Positions 11,310 through 25,468 of a stretch of DNA of 64,000 nucleotides are shown piece after piece. The notes under the pieces are model-generated. The model saw only the letters and a list, made by a program, of their open reading frames with translations. It searched no databases and had not been told where the DNA came from. The stretch comes from Octopus sinensis (taxonomy: Eukaryota): the NCBI RefSeq assembly GCF_006345805.1, contig NC_043000.1:7750001-7814000 (forward strand), written 5' to 3'. A program made the position numbers and the translations under genes. The first letter of the stretch is position 1. Every line of letters begins with the position of its first letter.

Positions 11310-12400
11310 GAAGAAATACTGTCAGATCCAGGAGCAATGTGCGGAACAGAATGAAGGCATTTGATACAGTAAACTAGTCAGGCTTGTGACAGATTTCAAA
11401 AGTTTTAGATGCCTGGGGAAGTTAAATTCTTTTGATCAAGTCCTTACTGGTATGAGGGCTTCGGTTATGCAGATGAACTCTAGCTCTACACGGTTTGATG
11501 TTACAGTTGGAGCAGTAGTGTAACTAAGGGTAGGGGCACATGCCTCAGGCACCGATTGAAAGGGGGAGCGCAGAATTGACCGTAATATGATTAGCTTGAA
11601 CACTATTTATAAAATAGCAATTGTAAAGATGGATCTCCAGCGTATTGTTTTATGCTGTTATTGAAAGTAAACGGAATATGATGGCTGCCTGCATTCATGT
11701 CTGGACATTTTTACAAAGTGCATTAAAAAAGGCTTCATAAAAATAAACATTCAAAAAAATTATTTTGTAGTACCAAACCGGCAGGTAAATGAACCCTGGT
11801 AAAGTATTTGTTCCTAAAATATTGTTTTAAAACATTAATTACTCGTAACAAATAAGTACTATATAACATTGTGGATTTTGTAATTGGTGGGAGGGGTGCA
11901 TTTTTGTGGCTTGCCTCAGGTGAAGTTTACTGAGTGGGAGTCAAGTGCAAGGTATATCAATAATATTATCTACTCTATTGTATGATGGTTGCTATACTGC
12001 AGACACAAAACAAAAACATAAAAAGAACTGCAGGTATTCGTGAGGAAACGCCTGTAACAGGTTATGTACCTTAATTGGAGAGACAAGATCAGGAATGCCA
12101 TCACCTTAGAGTATACTTAGCTTTATAATATGGAATAGATATTGATGGAGTGGAACCTCTGCTGGCTTGGACTTGACCAAAGAATGGAAAAAAACTTGGT
12201 TATCATGACAAACACTGTAAACACAGCTGGTCAACTGTGCGTGAAATCAGGGAAGACACTTCTTGAATGAGATTCAATGTTGCAATTAAGCTCAATTTAA
12301 GGAACTTAAGCATTGATATCTGCAGCTGGATCACTGCTGCTCAGGTCAGAAACTAGTGGTGGAGCATGAGTCCTTAATGGGATTTAAATATGGAAAGTGA
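11310..12400 (+). mobile_element. Decayed RTE-clade LINE (RT and C-terminus), interrupted by a MITE
   Basis: Remnant motifs QIQEQCAEQN, KAFDTVN, RFDVTVGVK(Q)G, LNWRDKIRN, LCWLGL..RM, LRNLSIDICSW..AAQ.R with stops and frameshifts. Confidence 0.8.
11513..11932. mobile_element. hAT-like MITE
   Basis: Ends CAGTA...TACTG, 8-bp TSD AGTTGGAG (11505-11512) / AGTGGGAG (11933-11940), sub-terminal TGCCTCAGG repeats; it splits the RTE GVKQG motif. Confidence 0.65.
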
Positions 12401-15400
12401 AGGACATGAATTATATATGGCAAAGCATTTTATCTGATGCTTTAGCAATTCTGTTAATCCACTGTGTAGTCCAGTACCACTGTATGATTAACACTGACTT
12501 CATTTACCTTGTGCTGCAGAATTCTTATCTTCCTCTGAATGTGCTTTGGTGGAAGAACAAGGGCCACCAAATTGACTTCAACTAAACCCATAGACACACT
12601 AATGCTCCATGAAGTTCAATTCATGTTAACCTCATATATTAAAAGAAGCTTTTACAAGAAGACACCCCCAGATTTTTTTTTCATTTACAATAATTGAAAA
12701 TTTAGTTCATGTTAAAATTGTACATTTTTGATTCTGACAAAGGCCAAAAATATCTTAGGCATCTGATCTTCTTAACATAATATATACAAAATTATTAACA
12801 GATTAAAAGATGTAGTGCTTTACATTTTCGATTAGTGGTATAGTTAATATGTACCAAGTAGTTGCAAGTAATATTGATCTTTCATGAAGACTAATGTTAC
12901 CGATATCCTATATTGTGTGTGGGAAGTCTATAAAGTTGGTAAACTCATATTATTATGTTAAATATTCCCAAGATTATGTCTTAAACCTCTTGCAATTTCC
13001 TGATTTTGCCATACTTTCTCACTATATAGGCCTATTTACAAACCAGTGGGGGAGCCTTTATACAGTTGCTCAACCTGATAGAAATATTACTCAAATCTCC
13101 CTCTGTACTTTGTTCATTCTATTGTTTTATGTTTGTCTTTCCATGTTTGCATGAGTTGGACAAATATGTTATTTAAAGAGGAAGAGGAAGAAGAAGGTAT
13201 TATTTTACAGTCAGATGCCCTTTCTGTTGTTAACCCTTGTTTCTCATGTGAGGGATCACATATTCCATACGACTTTAAAGGCACTAAGTGCCCAGACAAT
13301 TTGTCAATAGAGCAAACTTACCACAACACTGCCCACTGCACTGTCATACAAGCACTATAATACACAAATACACACACATGTGCATGTACATATACACATA
13401 CATACCTGTATAGCTGCACATCTACCTAAATACATGTACATGCACATATATACATGGCAGTCTTTCTTTCACTTTCTGTCTTCCAAATTCACTCACAAGG
13501 CTTTCATCAGCCTGTTGCTCTAGTAGAAGACACTTGTCCGAGAAGCCTTGCACTGGGTCACACCTGAAACCATGTGATTAGGAAGTGAACCTCTCAACCA
13601 TTTGACCATGCCTACACCTGTACTATCTTCTAAAAATATTATGTAATGCAAAATACATAATAGTACCTGAAAAACAGATTGTGTGGTCATGGCTGGAAGG
13701 CTTTTGATTATATGCCCTCTTTATGAAGACTGACCAGAAACTAAATGATTACCTGTATCTAACAACAAAGTGACTATTTACGGTTCTCTCTCTCTCTCTC
13801 TCTCTCTGGCTGGGTAACCATGTACCTCCTCTACAGTAAGGCACCTATTTCTGTCTTTCTGTTACATCATCTCTGTTTCATAATCTAACAAAAGATCACC
13901 TTCTTCAATATCCTCTCCCTTCTCAAAGATTCCTTGTTTTGCAAGTTACTTGGTGACCCTACTAGTGTTGGTGCCACTTAAAAAGCATCCATTTCACACT
14001 GTAAAGTGGTTGGCATTTGGAAGGACATCCAGCTGTAAAAACCATGCCAAAACTGACCTTGCCTGTTGTGGTGCCACATAAAAAGCAATCAGTCCACTCT
14101 GCAGGGTGATTGCTGTTAGGAAGGGCACCCAGCAATAAAAACCATGCCAAACAGATACAGAAGTCTGGTGCCGTCTTCTGCCTGGCCTGCTCCTGTTAAA
14201 CCATCCAACCCATGCCAGCATGGAAGGAAGACATTAAATGATGATGATGATATGCATAGGTATATAGGCACAAGTGTGGCTGTGTGGTAAGAAGCTTATT
14301 TCCCAACCTCTTAGTTCTGGTTTCAGTCCCCTTGCATGGCACCTTGCGCAAGTGTCTCCTAAAGTCCCATGCTGACCAAAATCTTATCAATGGATTTGGT
14401 AGATAGAAACTGAAAGAAACCTGTATGTGTGTGTGCGTGCGTGTGTTTGTGTGTGTGTACACGCACATTTTGCTGTGTCCTTGACTAGTATTTGGCGCAA
14501 TCATTCTCAATGCCCTCACATATCTACCATATATGATGTTTCGTCATGGGGACTTATTACCTTACTTGGTAAATAGGTGAGGGCTGGTAACAGGAAAGAC
14601 ATCCAGCCATAGAAAATGCATCTCAAAAAAATTCTGTCTGGAACATGCAAGCATGAAAAAGTGGATGTTAAACTGACGATGATGGTGGTGATGATGAGAA
14701 TTTATTTTCAGTTTTTTTCCTCCACCCCACTTTGTATTAAGAAAAGCTGTGGGTTCATTTTTCGTGTAATAGTAGCAGACAAAAAATGATACTTTGAACA
14801 GAATTCTAGGTTAGTATCAACTAATAGACAGATAAGACAAGTAAAATTTTCAATAGTGTTTCTCTAATAACAATCACATATCTTTATATATGTACATATG
14901 TAGTAAGAAAACAAAAGAAAAAAAAATATATATATATAAATAATGAATATAAAAGAATGTTTTAACAAACAGAACTTTACAGAGCACAGCTTGAAATCAG
15001 AAAATGTCAGTAAAGAAATAAAAGGAAAAAATTGAAAGAAAAATAAAAAGAAAAGGAGAGAGAAGCTTTGTTAGGTTGAAATCTATGTTTTTTTTTCTTT
15101 TTGTTTCTTTCATCATCTTTTAGCTTGATGTAACACTACACATTCTTCCTTTAGTAAGATGTAACGTTAACTATGTAGAAGAAGCCAGGAAAAAGAAAGA
15201 AAAAAAGTAGAATCTGAGGAAACATGATTCAATCAGAAATAAATATCAAACTAACAGGAATTAAAAAGAAAGTTATGTCAATGAGTGAATATATATATAT
15301 ATAATAAAAAAAAAGAGTTATCTTAACTAAATTAGAATGTCTCCACTGTGTGTTGTTCGTTACTTTTCTTTATTAAGTAGTTCCTAATCAAGATTTCATA

Positions 15401-16597
15401 CTTCATTCACCTGATTTATTAGAAATTAAGATATTTTGGCTTTGGTTTTTTTTATTTTGTCTTAGGCTTTTTTTTTATATTCTTTTATTCTTTAATCTCC
15501 CCCCCCCCACACACTTAAATACAGTTTTTGAAAGTGTTTCTTTAATTTCCTGTCTTAGAAGTTTGAAAAGAAAAACTACATTGTTGAACTTAGAAATATC
15601 AACATCTGCTCTGAGATAGTCTGCCACCACCCCCACCACCACCACCACCACCACATCATCATCATCATCATCATCATTTAATGTCCATTTTCCCATGTTG
15701 GCATGGGTTGGACAGATTGACAGAATCTGACAAGCTGCAGGACTGCAATGAGTTCCAGTGTCAGCTTTAGCATGGTTTCTATAGCTGGATGCCCTTCCTA
15801 ACACTGACTGCTTTACAATGTGTACTGGTTGCTTTTTCCTTCATGTCACTGGCACAAGTGAGGTTATCAAAAAGCCCCCTTGTCTGAATGCATACAGGTG
15901 TGTATTTGAGAGAAATAGAGGTGGTTTTGTACTGGGTATCAAAAGGCCAAAGTATGATAGAGGGACAAATTCAGGTGTTTTGTTTTATAGGAGAACCGTG
16001 GCTATCTGCATGATATAAAAGTGGGTGGGAATGGTGAGAAGGAAGATAAAGACTATATCCCTGTTCACTCACCATTGGCATTTAAGGATATAACATTACA
16101 TGGATCAAATTTTGAATTTTAAAATTGGAATCAAATTCTTTAATACTTTAGCATTCAGATTACTCTTTACATTCTGAGTTTAAATTTTGCGAAGGTCACC
16201 TTTATTTTAAATCTTTTTGGGGTCAATAAAGTAAAGTACCAGTCGAGTGTAGGGAACTGATGGTAACCACTAACCCCCTCCCTTCAAAATTCAGGTCTTG
16301 TACCTAAATTTAAAGCCAATATTTAAGACTAAATAATTCTTGTCTCTTCCTGGAATCCATTTAGCCCATTTTAGTTTGGCCACCATGTAAAACAATATAA
16401 TTCCTTATTACTGGATATAATTACAATTTTGCAATGGTTGATTAAAAATACCACATTTGTAATTTCAGGAAATAATGTCTAATCTTCATGTGTAATTTAG
16501 ACGGTTACTGTAGCTAGCCTCAGTGTATTTGAGAAAACCTGGCAAAATTGCAGTTTATCTCACTAATTATGAGAGCAAATGCCTACTTAGTGGCAAC

Positions 16598-16686
16598 TGT
16601 GGTGGTGGTGGTGGTTGTGGTGGTGGTGGTGGTGGTGGTGGTGGTGGTGGTGGTGGTTGTGGTGGTTGTGGTGGTGGTGGTGGTGA
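16598..16686. repeat. (GGT)n microsatellite
   Basis: Directly visible; source of the poly-G and poly-V ORFs. Confidence 0.97.
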
Positions 16687-19026
16687 CAGAACTAGTGTTA
16701 GAGGTAAATGCTGTAAAGAAATCTGTTTATAATTATATGTTATGCTTGAGAACTAATGGGTTTAGGTGTTTTCAACTGTTGCAGAAGATGAACTCTCAGT
16801 GGCTGCCATTTGCTGCATTTTAACTATTTAACCTGCATTATCCACAAAGGAAAAAAGAAAAAAAATGAAAATATATAAAAATGAAAAAATAAATACTGAT
16901 CAGTATAATAACGTATTAATCTAAATTTTCTGAGTATTTTTTGTATATTAGGAAAAAAAGTTTTTTAAATCCATCTTAGTGGGTGGTTTCAATTACACAA
17001 CATAACATACATTTGCTATCTAACATATCTGAACCAGGTCTCTGGGAAATGTACTTAATATTTCCTTGCAAAGCCTTAATTGCAGAGAAAGGAATAGCTT
17101 ATGGTGCTAACAGCTTGCTCTTTGTATTACAAGGAAACTATAAATTGTACTAAATATAGTTGTTTTTATAAAACCTATCTAAAGGACTGATATCTCTTTG
17201 CAATGTTTTTTTCCGACTTTTTGTTTAGGGTATTTACACAAGTTTAATCACTCCTTTATTCATTTTATCTTCTTCAGCATCCTGATTATCTATTATAGGA
17301 ATTCCAAACACTTTTGGTCCCTCTGTCCCTTTCACTTCTACCCACTTCATATCTTCAAGGTCCATACACCTCATTACCCCTACTTTTATTTCTGTCTAGC
17401 TCCACCCCAATCTCTCCCACTCTTTCTTCTAAAACATGGGTAGTTATGAAGGCCCTGTACAGCAAGAAGACCTCTTCTCTCATAATTCTATCCCTCATAA
17501 AGATACCTTTTTAGGGCTTTGTAGTTTTGTAAGCTGCATGGCAATCTCACTAGTGCTGGCGGTACAAAAAAGCACCCAGTACATGCTATAAAGAGGCTGG
17601 CACTAGTAAGGGCTTCCAACTGCAGAAACAATGCCAAAGCAGATATTGGAGCAAGATGTAGTCCTTGGTTCATCAAACTGCCCAAACCCATGCTACCATG
17701 GAATATAGGGATTAAATAACGATGGTTTTTGCCAAAAGCTTTACTTCAAATTCAACTTCCAATACTTATAATCCTATATCATTATTCTTACCATTTTTCT
17801 TTTATTCCTCCCCTGTATTTCTTTTGCCAGTTGTCTATATATCACCAAGCTTAAAGAAAATTTATGGATGCTAAATTTTTCCTTTGAATAATATATTTTT
17901 CTTTCAGATTTTGTAATCTGGATACACGCCCTTCTATGCTTTGTCTCCAAGTTAGTAAGTCTCATAAAGCTCACCAGCTTTCACATAATTAATTTTTCTT
18001 GTTCTAATTGTTTTGTAATTACACTTATTCCGCAAGTGATGAACATGTTCATAGTGGAAGACAATATAATTGATTGAAACAATTCCATTATTTATTCAAT
18101 TAGCCTCATAAAGACAGAGTGCAGTTGACCTCTGGCAGAATTTGAACTTGGAATATAGTGACGAAATTAGATATTGTTTAGCATTTTGTCTGAGTTTTAC
18201 TCTCCCATTTCTGTTGCTAACTCGATCACCTCAGATTTTAATGTCAAAACTTCTCAAACTAACACTTCACAGCACTTTCTTCATTGGTCACTCTAAGCAT
18301 ATTTAGTTTGATGTTGTTTCAAAATTTCTGAGTTCTCTCTACCTCTCTTGTTAAGTTCTTAATTTAACTTATCAATGAACTCTTTTCTGCACTGCCAGTC
18401 ATCTCTTCCTCAACCCTACCTCCCCCAACTCCTGTATCATTGGCCATCTCCCACTCCTTATCCACCATACACAACATTCTCCCTTCAAACCTATCTAATC
18501 TTTACAACTGTTGCCTATAGCTTCTCTACTCATCCAGTTCTCTAGCTCTCATTCTCTCATACACTCTTGCAGTCTCCACCTGCCCACACTCTTGGTTCCT
18601 CACTTCTTGCCCATACCACAAAGGTCCATCCATTCACCTCATCATCACTATGTTTATCTCTTTTCATTCCCGTCTGATCACCCTTATTTTCTCTCCACTA
18701 AAATGTGAGCTCTTCTACAGCAAGAAACCTGTTCTGCCATGGCCCCTTGTCTCATACTTTAACTTCTCATCTCATCTCCAGTGTAAAGGCCACCCCTCTC
18801 AGGATTCAGAGGCTTTTGTAAGCTGCATGGTGACTGCACTAGTGCTGGTGCTTAAAAAGGCAACCAGTACATACTACAAACTGATTGACATTATGAAGGG
18901 TATCCAGCCTCAGAAAAACATACTGAAGCAGATATTGAAGGACAATGCTGTCCTTCAATCCATCAGATCCTATGAAACTCTCCAACTCATCTCAGCATGG
19001 GACATGGATATTAAATAATGATGATG

Positions 19027-19062
<36 letters not shown>

Positions 19063-19939
19063 ACATTTAAGTCACATTATATGGTTTCAAGTAATCCAGT
19101 AGTACTCATAGAAAAGCTCCTTAATGTATCATTCTACAAAACATTCTACATAACACCTGAGGATGTAGCTTAAATTCTGCATTATTTTGGAAGCTTTTTT
19201 TGCATTAATGCAGATATGTAAGCAATTCATTTATTATTAAATATAATAATATAAATTATTTACATGTTTTAGGTTACGAAACAATTTGCCATGATATTAG
19301 AATTTTCTTAATGTTAAATAAAATTTCATCAAACTATTTCTCTGTCATTTATATGACTTTATATATATATATATATTTGGACACTGGGCTACTTTTCGGA
19401 TGCTGGGCCTCACTGAAGAAATGACGAGGGGCTGGGAGATGTGGCAGTTTGCTGTACTTGGTAAGAAAATCAAGCTAAGTGAACTCGTTGTCTTCCACCA
19501 CACATACAGGTTTGTTCTTTTAGGTGTAGGTGCCACTTAAAAAGCACCTGTGTTGGTGCTGTGTTAACACACCCATCCTTGTGACAGTTAAAAAAAACCA
19601 TCCAGCACACTCTGTTAAGTGGTTGGTGTTAGCAAGGCCATCCAGCTATAGAAACCATAACAGACAATAGGAGTTTGGACAGCTCCCTGCAGGCCCACTA
19701 CATGTCAAACTGTCCAACCCATGCCAACATGGATAGCAGACATGATAATAATATATATACATATATAACTCCAAGAAAGTTAGGGGTTGTGGGTTCAACC
19801 AACTAAGGGATAATATCTATCCAATATACTGCTGGTAGAATACCCAATTATTAATACACAAGTGTTTTTTATTGCATTGCAATTACATTACCAAGTGTAC
19901 TGAATGGGTGAAGGTAAAGAGATATTTTACCATTAATTT

Positions 19940-20198
19940 ATATAGCAATAAGAAAATGGAGGAGAACAATAGTTGGTTCATCAACTTTTAGACATTAAAA
20001 TGTTAATTTATTTATTTTGATAATTTATATTCATGTTTTTTTTAATAATTGTTTGTATTCTTATTTTATATGCATAGAATAATATGCTATATGTATGTCT
20101 GTTATTATAATTATCATTTTAATAAATAAGTTAACATTTTAATGTCCTAAAATTGATGAACCAACTATTGTGCTTCTCCATTTACTTATTTGCGATAT
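19940..20198. repeat. Imperfect inverted repeat, ~78-bp arms, ~100-nt spacer
   Basis: ACAATAGTTGGTTCATCAACTTTAGACATTAAAATGTTAA versus TTAACATTTTAATGTCCTAAAATTGATGAACCAACTATTGT. Confidence 0.9.
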
Positions 20199-20209
20199 AC
20201 ATATATATC

Positions 20210-20593
20210 TATTCTTTTATTCTTTTACTTGTTTCAGTCATTTGACTGCAGCCATGCTGGAGCACCACCTTTAGTTGAACAAATCGACCCCAAGACTTAT
20301 TCTTTGTAAGTCTGGGACTTATTCTATCGGTCTCTATTGCCAAACTGCTAAGTTATGAGGATGTAAACACACCAACATTGGTTATCAAGCATTGGTGGGG
20401 GGACAAACACAGACACACAAATACACACACACACATGACGGGCTTCTTTCAGTTTCTGTCTACCAAATCCACTCACAAGGCTTTTATCAGCCCAAGGCCA
20501 TAGTAGAAGACACTTGCCAAGATGCCATGCAGTGGGACTGAACTCAGAACCATGTGATTGGGGAGCAAGCTTCTTACCACACAGCTACTCCTA
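20210..20593 (-). mobile_element. SINE family A, full-length
   Basis: Reverse complement of the family A consensus from head to TAAAAGAA tail. Confidence 0.9.
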
Positions 20594-20952
20594 CAATGCA
20601 TTAATTTTGGGGATGGGAGTGGTCCCCCCCCCGTCTCTTTTGCTTTTCTTCTCTTATTATTACATATTTCTGTAAGGTGGTGAGCTGGCAGAACTGTTAC
20701 GGTGCTGGGCAAAATTCTTAGCGGCATTTCGTCTGTCTTTATGTTCTGAGTTCAAATTCACCAGGGACAACTTTGCCTTTCAGCTTTTCAGGGTTGATAA
20801 AATAAGTACTAGTTGAACACTGGGGTTGAGGTAGTCAAGTTGCCACCTCCTTCAAAATTGCTGGCCTTGTGCCGAAATTCAAAACTATTATTGCCTATTT
20901 CTGCATTGTATTTTTATCCTATGCTCTTACTTCTCTGCTGCTACTCTCTGCC

Positions 20953-21001
<49 letters not shown>

Positions 21002-21363
21002 GTGTCTCACTACTCTTCTGTTCTAGACACTTCCCCATTGTCTCTCTTCTACTCCTCCTTTATCACCATTTGTTTTTGCTATCTCTAACCCCCCCCCACA
21101 ATCATCTTCTTACCTTTCAGAAATTTATTTTTATTTTCTACAAAAAAATATACACACACACACACTCACACACATGCACGGTGCATGCTCCCCCACACAT
21201 ATGTATATATGAATACACATAACACCTACTCTCTCTCCCTTTCTTACATGAAAACAATACGTATGTGTGTGTATATATGTATGTATGTATATGCATACAT
21301 ATATATATTCATATATATATATATACACACACACACATTTGTACATGTATGTATGTATGTATG

Positions 21364-21466
<103 letters not shown>

Positions 21467-22221
21467 AATACCTATGCTTCATTTCTCTATTGTTATTCTC
21501 TTGTACATACTACATAGGTGTACACACACAAACATACTTCTCCCTCCTCTGTGATTGAGTCTGTACGCGACACTGGCTGCTGGAAAGCAGAAAGTCTGTC
21601 TGGACTGCTAATGGCTTTTCCACAGCTTATTCGCTGTCTGTTTTGTTATAGATTTACATCATTCTTGTATTCAGTCAGCAACAAATGACGTGGAACAGCT
21701 TTTATGTCTCTTTAACCAGAGACCAAATAAATAAATAAATAAATAAATAAAAACAGCAATTTTCCTTTTTAAAAATATATAAATAATCGCATAAAGAATT
21801 GGACAGTATGAATGTATACATGCATGCACCTCCTCTCTCTGTTTCTCTTCCTCTTCTCTCTCCACCTCTCTCTATATATATATGTATACACACACACACA
21901 CACTATATATATATATATATACACACACACATACATACCTGTGCATGCGCACACACACGTCTATATATGAATGTATGTTTGTGTGAATGTGCTCATATTA
22001 TTTTCCATATATTTTATGTTTCCGGTTTTGATTCCGACTATGAGTATTCTGGTTGTTTCGGTCAACATTGTATGGTAATAAACCTAGCTAAGTATTTCGC
22101 AAATATTTATATCTTTGTCGTAAATTGCCGATATGCTGAGTATAATAGCATTGGTGAAAAAAACCCATATGTATGTGTGTGTGTATGTGTATACATACAT
22201 ATATATATATATCTTTATTTA

Positions 22222-22257
<36 letters not shown>

Positions 22258-22822
22258 TGTATGTATGTATGTATGTATGTATGTATGTATGTATGTATGT
22301 ATATCTCAACATCATCAATATCATTTTAATGTCCACTTTTCCATCTTTGCATTCATTGCAGCAAATTTTCTGCTGCCAAATGAACATTTTGCTTGCCAAC
22401 CCTCACATTTCCAAGCAAGGTAATATTTCCCCATGTCCAAACATCGGAACGTTGAACATTGGAAGCAAAAACTGCTGCATATATGATAGTGGTGCACATT
22501 TACAACCTACATGTGATGTCATAGCAAAGAACCCCTCCTCCTCCACATGCACACATGCATGCATACAGTGGTCTTCCTACAGTTTCCATTTACCAAACTC
22601 ATTAACAATGATTAGTTGACTTAGAGGTGGAGGGCAGCTGTAGAAAGCATCAACCCAAAATGTCATATATTTTGACTGTATATATATAGTCACACACACA
22701 CACACACACACTCACACACACACACACACACTCACACACACACACATATACCAGAGTAAGCACATAAATGTGAAACAAGATGAGAAGCAATAGTACTCGA
22801 ATACTGGAGGTAGAGTGCTATG

Positions 22823-22990
22823 CTTTATTATTAAAGCTGCAAAAACATCATCAAAATCTGCTACTCAGAGTTTCACGTTCCTGTTCATTGGGAATTCTCA
22901 ATCAAAACTGTCTGACAAACAGCAAAGTGAAACTCTGAGTAGCAGATTTTTGTAGTTTTTTGTGATGTTTTTACAGCTTTAATAATAAAG
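22823..22990. repeat. Fold-back PLE-terminus-like element with two decayed hammerhead motifs
   Basis: Arms 22823-22876 and 22927-22990 are reverse complements apart from an insertion. + strand 22908-22945 reads CTGT-CTGACAA-AC..GT-GAAA-CTCtGAG-TA-GCAG (G8A). Confidence 0.7.
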
Positions 22991-22997
22991 TGTGTAT

Positions 22998-23392
22998 AGG
23001 AGTGGCTGTGTGATAGGTAGCTGGGCGCAGGAGTGGTAAGTAGCTTGCTTACCAACCACATAGTTCTGAGTTCAGTCCCACTGCATGGCACCTTGGGCAA
23101 GTATCTTCTACTATAGCCTCGGGCCAACCAAAGTCTTCTGAGTGGATTTGGTAGACAGAAACTGAAAGAAGCCCATCGTATATATATACATATATATGTA
23201 TGTATATGTTTGTGTGTCTGTGTTTGTCCCCCCAACATCACTTGACAACTGATAGCGGTTCGGCAAGAGAGCCCAATAGAATAAGTACTAGGCTTACAGA
23301 AAATAAGTCCTGGGGTCGATTTGCTCAACTAAAGGTGGTGCTCCAGCATGGCCACAATCAAACGACTGAAACAAGTTAAACAATGAAAGAAT
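22998..23392 (+). mobile_element. SINE family A
   Basis: Family A head (partly duplicated), core and tail. Confidence 0.88.
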
Positions 23393-23437
23393 ATATATAT
23401 ATATATATATATAAAATATTTATAAAACTATACATAG

Positions 23438-23472
<35 letters not shown>

Positions 23473-23985
23473 CACACACACACACACATACACACACAAT
23501 TTCTTTAAACTGAATTGCTTGCTTTCTCAAGTTTCATGCTGAAATGATTATCAGGCCAGTTTTCGCCCGATGATCCCTTTGGTTTGAGACTCGTCATATG
23601 AAAGAGAATTCTCTTTGAATATAATATATATTCTCCATGTATTGATGTCTTCTTTCCTCATTCATTGACAGGCAGTAACATTTGTGAACACATTCACACA
23701 TACACAGACATATATTCTTATCTCCTTGCATAAATGTTGTCGCTGCCACCTGGATGTTTTTAATCTTGTGGGTTGCATGGCTACGTCAGTGGTGTTGGTA
23801 GCACAAACAAAAACACTGAGTACATGCTGTAAAGTTGTTGGTATTAGGAAGAGCATCCAGCCACAGAAGCCATGCCAAGGCAGCTACTGGTGCCGAATGT
23901 AGTTCTTAGACTCCTCAAATCTTGTCAAATTGTTTAACCCATGCCAGCATAGAACATGGTCTTTAATGATGTTGATGATGATGAT

Positions 23986-24350
23986 GACTCTGAGCACCTT
24001 TTCAAACTCCATCTGTCTAACACCCATGGACATGTTTACAAAGTCAGAAAACAGCACAGCTCCCATGACTTTCAGAAATATTTTTTCATGCTAAAAGTTG
24101 CTGAAGCATGGAACAAACTGCTGGCATCAGTTGTTAGTTGTTGGAGCACTGCATCCTTCAAAACTTCCATGCTTCCTGAGATTCGCCAACACTACACCTG
24201 ATTTTCTCCCCTCCATACACACACAAGCATGTATCTGACTCATACACTGTTCACTTTCCAGACAGTTGTACATTACTGCATTTGCTTTATATGCACTTTT
24301 GACAAGTTGTGGTGCACCTGAGCACTGTATACAATAATTTCATTATCATT
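23986..24350 (+). mobile_element. 3' end of a CR1/L2-group LINE
   Basis: THGHVYKVRKQHS..DFQKYFF..KVAEAWNKL.ASVVS..STASFK resembles the CR1-type C-terminal GH..K.....R.FF..RV...WN.LP..VV....SFK motif, followed by a 3' UTR. A second piece lies at about 63480-63575 (-). Confidence 0.85.
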
Positions 24351-25241
24351 TTATATGTACATATGTGTGTGTGTGTGTGTGTGTATGTGTGTGTGTGCAT
24401 GCATTCATGTGCGTGTTTGTCTTTGTGTGTCTTCACACAGGTACCGCTTGGTTGACATTTATGCCTCCCATAAGCAGAATGTACTATGCCACTTCAACAT
24501 GTAGAGATATGAGCTGAAGTAGCAAACTTGAAACAAGAGTTGGCATCAGGAATGAAATCTGGCTGGCTATAGAGTACTGCTTCAGGAACTTTTGTCCAGT
24601 TGAGTCCATGCCAACATAGAAAAACAAAGATAACAAGAAAATTACAGCAAAGCAATGTGAAAGTGGTGTCAGACGTGGCATGCAGACCATCATATAACTT
24701 GTCTGACATTGCGCTTTTACCCTTCTCTTCCATTTCATGAATTCAGTGTGCACATGCACATCCAGTTTCTATTCAGAATTGTTTACAGATCACAACCATC
24801 TCATGAACCTGTGGTCGTGAGGCGTGCTTCACACTCTGATGGCCATGTAAAAAAATGATGATGACTATGCATTGATGTGTTCACACATTAATTATGTTAA
24901 CACTAAATTATTCACTCTATTATTTTAGACATGTTTACTTTTTAACTATTAGAGATATATGATAAAAGTGAGCAACAGGCAGTTCTCATAATCCTGTAGT
25001 GCTTGGATAAAGAGGATAGAGATCCAGCGGATTAATTTGGATATTTTTGAGGATGATCAAACAGGCCAAGTGATCAAAGAGAAAGGAAACCTGAAAATGG
25101 GAAAAAAATGAAAATTGTTTTTCTCACTTCCTACTCATCCAACAACACCAAAGTGTAGAAAATATAATTAAATTATTATGCATTATGATACAATGATATA
25201 ACAAAAGATATAATTAATTAACTTTGTGTTTTAATTTTCAG

Positions 25242-25468
25242 GAGTGTTAACACCGGTTCAAATGGACAAGCTTCGACGCAAGCAAAACATCTTGCACAAA
25301 TTTATTGATGAGATTGCCATGTATCTAATAAATAAAAATGGAATCGACACATCTCTTGGTGGAATGGAAGATCCAAGTTGGCAGGATGCATTTAGTGGTT
25401 CCTTTGAAACTTTTGATACATCAAAAACTACAAAGCAAAAGAAAATAACCAAACATGAAGAATTATAA
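25242..25468 (+). CDS. Candidate terminal coding exon of an unidentified host gene, ending KHEEL*
   Basis: Strong acceptor ACTTTGTGTTTTAATTTTCAG at 25241; 74 open codons of non-repetitive sequence (VLTPVQMDKLRRKQNILHKFIDEIAMYL...EDPSWQDAFSGSF...KHEEL*); AT-rich UTR-like sequence after the TAA. Protein family not recognised. Confidence 0.65.

Noticed and set aside
25280-25400. Resemblance of the HEEL exon to the PLAA/Doa1 PFU region or an EF-hand tail
   Set aside because: Only a few matching residues, and PLAA continues into a PUL domain; no gene name assigned.
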